Below, in pieces: positions 59,680-64,000 of a DNA stretch of 64,000 bases (position 1 is the first letter of the stretch; every line of letters starts with the position of its first letter). Source of the stretch: Nitrosopumilus sp. (GTDB lineage Archaea; Thermoproteota; Nitrososphaeria; Nitrososphaerales; Nitrosopumilaceae). The position numbers and the translations under genes are program-made. Below the pieces are notes generated by a model, which saw nothing but the letters and a program-made list of their open reading frames with translations, searched no databases and was not told the DNA's origin. The DNA is taken from NCBI GenBank assembly GCA_965206745.1, contig OZ242220.1, positions 1,632,001 to 1,696,000 of the forward strand, given 5' to 3'.

Positions 59680-60066
59680 AAGGTTTAACGAGCAATGTTA
59701 TTAAAATAATTTGTACTATATGCTAACAAGCAAAAGCTCATCGGCGTATCTGACGTTATCATCTAAATTGATTATGACATCAAGTATTTTCCAAACGTGT
59801 TCTCACTGATGCCCGATGTTTTTCCAATATCGAACCATAATTTCCATACAATGATGTCGCCATCAAATAAATAAGAAAAATCAGATCTTTTACCCAGATA
59901 TGATATGGAGACATCATTAGCAAGAGCAATGAGTTAGACAAAACAACAAAAGATCCGACAGAAACTTGGATTATGGGTTATCCATGCCCCAAATTGTATG
60001 GCAGGGTCAAATGTGCCTAGCCTTCAAGTGTACGTATAACACATCATTTTTTACCAAGTCTGACAG

Positions 60067-60300
60067 TTGTATTTCATGCCAGACAGATTCGCAATCTCTC
60101 ATGATATTAAAAAAGCACATGACATTATGATTCACGACATTGATTGCAGTTTCCACACAGAAAGAGACCCTACCGCATCAACGATGGAATGGTTTACAGC
60201 GCCAGATATTCAGGCTGCTACGGAAACTGCTCAGCGTTTGGCCAGAGAACACGGTATGCAGTACAGAGAGTGTAAAAGGTGTAAACCATCTAGTACTTGA
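60067..60300 (+). CDS. Small putative metal-binding protein
   Basis: IHDIDC...ECKRCKP. Confidence 0.6.
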   Translation: MYFMPDRFAISHDIKKAHDIMIHDIDCSFHTERDPTASTMEWFTAPDIQAATETAQRLAREHGMQYRECKRCKPSST

Positions 60301-60508
60301 CATCCAAACAATGCAGTTGAATAAAGTCACCAGCCAGAGCACTAATGCAAATAATCATCTGAATTTATTGAATCATGCAACAAAGCAAAATTTTACTTAG
60401 AATTTATGGGAATGAAGAAATGTTTGGAATAAAAAATATGGTTCAAAATGTAAACAGATGTAAAATATACATCAAAACATATAATCAACCATATTATTAT
60501 TCTGGTTA

Positions 60509-61249
60509 TTGAGTATTTATGATTTTATAGATTTTACGACATTGAAAAATATATTCAAAAATTTTGATATTTCAATAAACGAGAGAATAATTAAAAGTGC
60601 TAATATTGGTCAACATGTGCATATTGTTCTTCATAAAATGTATGAATACGTAGAAAAACGATATGAGTTATTAGGACAATTGGCATTTTCTGTACACCAT
60701 GTTTATGAATATAGTAAAAATGGTACAACAAAATATTCTGATTATTTTAATAAATACTACAAAGATTGGATTTGTCTAGTTCTAGAAACAGAGGGTAATA
60801 AAATTCATAGTTATACAAAAAATGATATCGTTTTGGCTTTTAGAGGCTATTATGCTCACAGTGGCTCAAAATTAAGGCCTAAACCACAATATTTGTATGA
60901 TTTTCTTCATAACACAAATAAACCAAAAATATTATTTTATGAGGTAGGTGTTCTAGCTCATTCTACTAATGAATTTGATTCAATACATTGCCTAGAACAA
61001 AAAGAATTTACTATAACTTTTTCTAAAACTTTCCATTTCGATATAAAAGAAGCAATGTTTGCAAATATCATATCTGAAATAAATACAATAGGTGTTGAAA
61101 ATAACCATATAGGACTTGAAAAATCTCTTGTAGGTGATTTTTCTTTGTTAAAAAATAAAGATCCTAAATTATGTTGTAAACTTGAAAAACAAGCACAAAC
61201 AATAAAGAAATTAAAACAAGAACAAAGTCACAAGTCTAATAAATTGTAA
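60509..61249 (+). CDS. Hypothetical protein, possibly HEPN-like
   Basis: 246-aa ORF; FRGYYAHSG fits Rx4H. Confidence 0.5.
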   Translation: MSIYDFIDFTTLKNIFKNFDISINERIIKSANIGQHVHIVLHKMYEYVEKRYELLGQLAFSVHHVYEYSKNGTTKYSDYFNKYYKDWICLVLETEGNKIHSYTKNDIVLAFRGYYAHSGSKLRPKPQYLYDFLHNTNKPKILFYEVGVLAHSTNEFDSIHCLEQKEFTITFSKTFHFDIKEAMFANIISEINTIGVENNHIGLEKSLVGDFSLLKNKDPKLCCKLEKQAQTIKKLKQEQSHKSNKL

Positions 61250-61552
61250 AACTGAGTGCTTAACTTGCATATAAGATCACTTCCATCTTTTAGTCAAATA
61301 TGAATCCGTATTGCTGAAAATATTTTTGAGTTGATTTTTCAATATCTGGTCTCATATCTTCATCATACAAAATCTTTATTAGCGTACATGACGTAACTAT
61401 CATGCAATGGTAATTGAAGATTATGTTGAATTTGGGATACCACTAGTTGATATAGCTTTAGAATACGGAGAAAAACTGGTTACAGGTTTAATTGGAAATG
61501 AAATTGTTACATTTTTAAAAAAATAATCTAACTCGGGAGGATCATGGCTTTT

Positions 61553-61843
61553 TTAGGCGTGCTTAAAACGAGTTAAAAATTTCAATCCGGATTTAGTAAG
61601 CTGAATTTCATAAATCATCCAAACTATAGTTCCGCGGGGATACGATCTATTTTTACATTTCAATATAATCAAATTTGACTCGGAAAGAGATTTTGTAATA
61701 TCATAGAATGAACTCATAGGAATGTTTAACTTGCCTGCTATGTCTGATAGTTCATTTCCTTCTCCAATATATAACAAAAAATTATTGTTAACTAGATATT
61801 CTAAGAGATCTAATTTATAATAATGATATTTCCCTCTTCTCAA
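61553..61843 (-). CDS. Winged-helix DNA-binding protein
   Basis: LSDIAGKLNIPMSSFYDITKSLSESNLI...IQLTKSG. Confidence 0.6.
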   Translation of the reverse strand: MRRGKYHYYKLDLLEYLVNNNFLLYIGEGNELSDIAGKLNIPMSSFYDITKSLSESNLIILKCKNRSYPRGTIVWMIYEIQLTKSGLKFLTRFKHA

Positions 61844-62378
61844 GTTGAATTTTATCTAAAATTTGATCATATTTAAGAGAAATTTATGGATACTGTAGGA
61901 GGTCAGCCATTCAAAAAACTAGGAACAAAAATATTTTCGACAATGTTGATTCATACTTGATTAAAGTATAGAGATAGCCTCATGGCATTACATCTCCCGG
62001 TAAAATCATCATTCATCTCACATTGACCTTGTCTAGTAGAACTTGCAGAATCAGGCAAATTATGATCTTTAAAATCTCGTAATGCAGATCCAGCCAACTG
62101 GTCATACTCTGATTTTGATCAATCCAAGATTTGGCTCATTTTCTATGTTCATAAACAGAGACACTCTTCTACCCAAAATAACAGGTATGACAGATATAAT
62201 TACCTCATCAACTACCTTTTGTTTAAGAAAGGATGAGTCATAATGACAAATCAGTCAGAACAAGATTGGAATTCAAACCTACTTTCCTTCATCTATACAT
62301 CACAATATTTTAAAAAATTATTGAAAAATTATCTGATGAACTGGTAAATGTTAATTATGCCAATGGTATTTTCAAGTC

Positions 62379-63860
62379 ATGACTAATCTAGTATTTTTTG
62401 GAGCTGGCGCATCAAGACCATTTGGAATCCCAACAATGCAAGCAATGGTAATTGAATTTGAAAAAACGTTAAAAGATGATCATCCGGACCTGTTTCAATT
62501 TTATTCCAAGATAAAAGAGACATTGATTCAAGAATATGGAGAATCAAAAATAGATATTGAATCAATGCTATCTGTAATTAATGGAATTGCTGCAAATACA
62601 AAGCCTACTGAACTAGGCCATTTTGTATTTTATTACTTGGCTGATAATTGCTCTCGTAAGGAATTTCCTTCTGATGAGATAGAACTTGGAAAAAAATTAC
62701 AAACACAGTTACAGGATTTTATAAAAAAAGCATGTAAAATAAATCGAGATGATATTGATAAGATATATCGTAGATCATATTTGCCTTTGTTTGAACACAT
62801 GGGTCCAAGCAAAAAGAATTATGGTGAAGAAGAATTATCATATGATTGGAAAGCCTATACAACAAACTATGATAATATTTTTGAAGGTTTTTGGAACCAG
62901 TATGACTCACCAAATGATCATTTTGAAAAAATTGATGCTTCTGATAATCATTATTTCAATATTAAACCATTAGGAACAGTGCATACTTTTTGCAAATTAC
63001 ACGGATCATTGGATTGGACAAAGGAAGTGAATACACACATAATAATACGAAAAACACATTCAGGGTTTGAACGTATTAAAACAAAAGGTGAAATAATGTT
63101 GTTTCCAATACAACAAAAGGATCTTTACTTGCATCCTTGGTTTACTCTGTTTCAAGACTTGAAATTAGGATTATCACAAAAAATAATATGGTATGTAATA
63201 GGATATGCATTTAATGATGAATTTATTAGAAATGCATTCCAAGAATCACTTGTAGATAATTCTAATAAAAAATTAGTTATAATTAATCCAAAGGCAGAAC
63301 AGATTAAGAATAAATTTCAGGATTCCATCAAAAAACAAATTGACGTATTGCCTATAAAATTTGGCGATAGATTGTTTGAACTACAATTTGAAGATTATGT
63401 CAAAAAAACAAAAACAATAGTCTTAAGATTTTCTAATGAAAATAATCCCGTAGAAATCTATGATATAGCAATAAAAAGCAATCACAATATACAATCATAC
63501 GAGATTCTCAATGATGGTGTGGATGTTTTAGATTCAAATGGAAATATTAATGCTAAATATATGTCTAATACAAATAAAAAATCTATGTATTTTGAAATAC
63601 GAAATCCAAAAGTTGCAAAGATAAAATTAGAATTAAAAATTGATCACATGTATGATGATGAGATTGAATTGTATATTTCAAATAATACTAAAGAGTTGAA
63701 TATGGATATAGATTATGGAGGAATAAGGATTGCAAGTTCTAATGATATAGTACAGGATTATGTGATGGTAGGAGGTACAAAAGGGCGGAAGAATACAATA
63801 TGGATGAAATATCCAATAATATTGGATAAAACAAAATTTTTTGGAAATATTGAAGTGTGA
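62379..63860 (+). CDS. SIR2-like domain protein (putative NADase effector)
   Basis: FFGAGAS...GIPTM, YTTNYD, KLHGSLDW, VIGYAFNDE. Confidence 0.87.
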   Translation: MTNLVFFGAGASRPFGIPTMQAMVIEFEKTLKDDHPDLFQFYSKIKETLIQEYGESKIDIESMLSVINGIAANTKPTELGHFVFYYLADNCSRKEFPSDEIELGKKLQTQLQDFIKKACKINRDDIDKIYRRSYLPLFEHMGPSKKNYGEEELSYDWKAYTTNYDNIFEGFWNQYDSPNDHFEKIDASDNHYFNIKPLGTVHTFCKLHGSLDWTKEVNTHIIIRKTHSGFERIKTKGEIMLFPIQQKDLYLHPWFTLFQDLKLGLSQKIIWYVIGYAFNDEFIRNAFQESLVDNSNKKLVIINPKAEQIKNKFQDSIKKQIDVLPIKFGDRLFELQFEDYVKKTKTIVLRFSNENNPVEIYDIAIKSNHNIQSYEILNDGVDVLDSNGNINAKYMSNTNKKSMYFEIRNPKVAKIKLELKIDHMYDDEIELYISNNTKELNMDIDYGGIRIASSNDIVQDYVMVGGTKGRKNTIWMKYPIILDKTKFFGNIEV

Positions 63861-64000
63861 TTTTTGAGAATAATTATCCACTCTTGTTATTACCAGAGAT
63901 GTATCGGTCTAATTTACTAGAGACATCATCTAGTTTATCAGATACATCTATGATTTTCTTCGTAATTTCTTGAAATGTAAAATCAAAGAACAGTATTTCA

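Larger units (their letters stand above)
58557..59885. repeat. 664-bp tandem duplication (gene plus upstream region)
   Basis: Gene ends at 58557 and 59221; the intergenic regions also align. Confidence 0.92.

Noticed and set aside
54535-59885. Diversity-generating retroelement
   Set aside because: No reverse transcriptase in the window; variation includes indels and is not visibly restricted to adenines

Overview
AT-rich archaeal defence/accessory island, most likely from a Nitrososphaerota (Nitrosopumilus-like) genome. The host call is inferred from a thaumarchaeal-type Cys-rich protein family, S-layer-like ETGxxTGxF repeats and frequent TTG/GTG starts. No rRNA, tRNA, CRISPR array, integrase or transposase was recognised. 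The core is two diverged DNA phosphorothioation operons in tandem (dndB-C-D-E-A at 18.2-24.9 kb and 34.6-41.0 kb). Neither has a recognisable dndFGH, pbeABCD or sspE partner. Instead both are followed by the same four-gene module: ParB/Srx-fold protein, HTH protein, MBL/beta-CASP hydrolase and ApeA-like HEPN protein. This module is the best candidate for an undescribed PT-linked system. The window also holds a Hachiman pair, an HNH nuclease, an SNF2 helicase with partner, an Mrr_N-nucleotidyl-cyclase fusion with an internal stop, an ATPase-SIR2 fusion with a CARF-like partner, a stand-alone SIR2, two Schlafen/AlbA_2 proteins and duplicated PIN genes. Further features are two unannotated paralogous 55-aa microproteins, several dispersed and inverted repeat families, and tandem arrays of membrane or secreted proteins with hypervariable Cys-bounded loops. 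All family assignments are by motif recognition by eye; no database searches were run.
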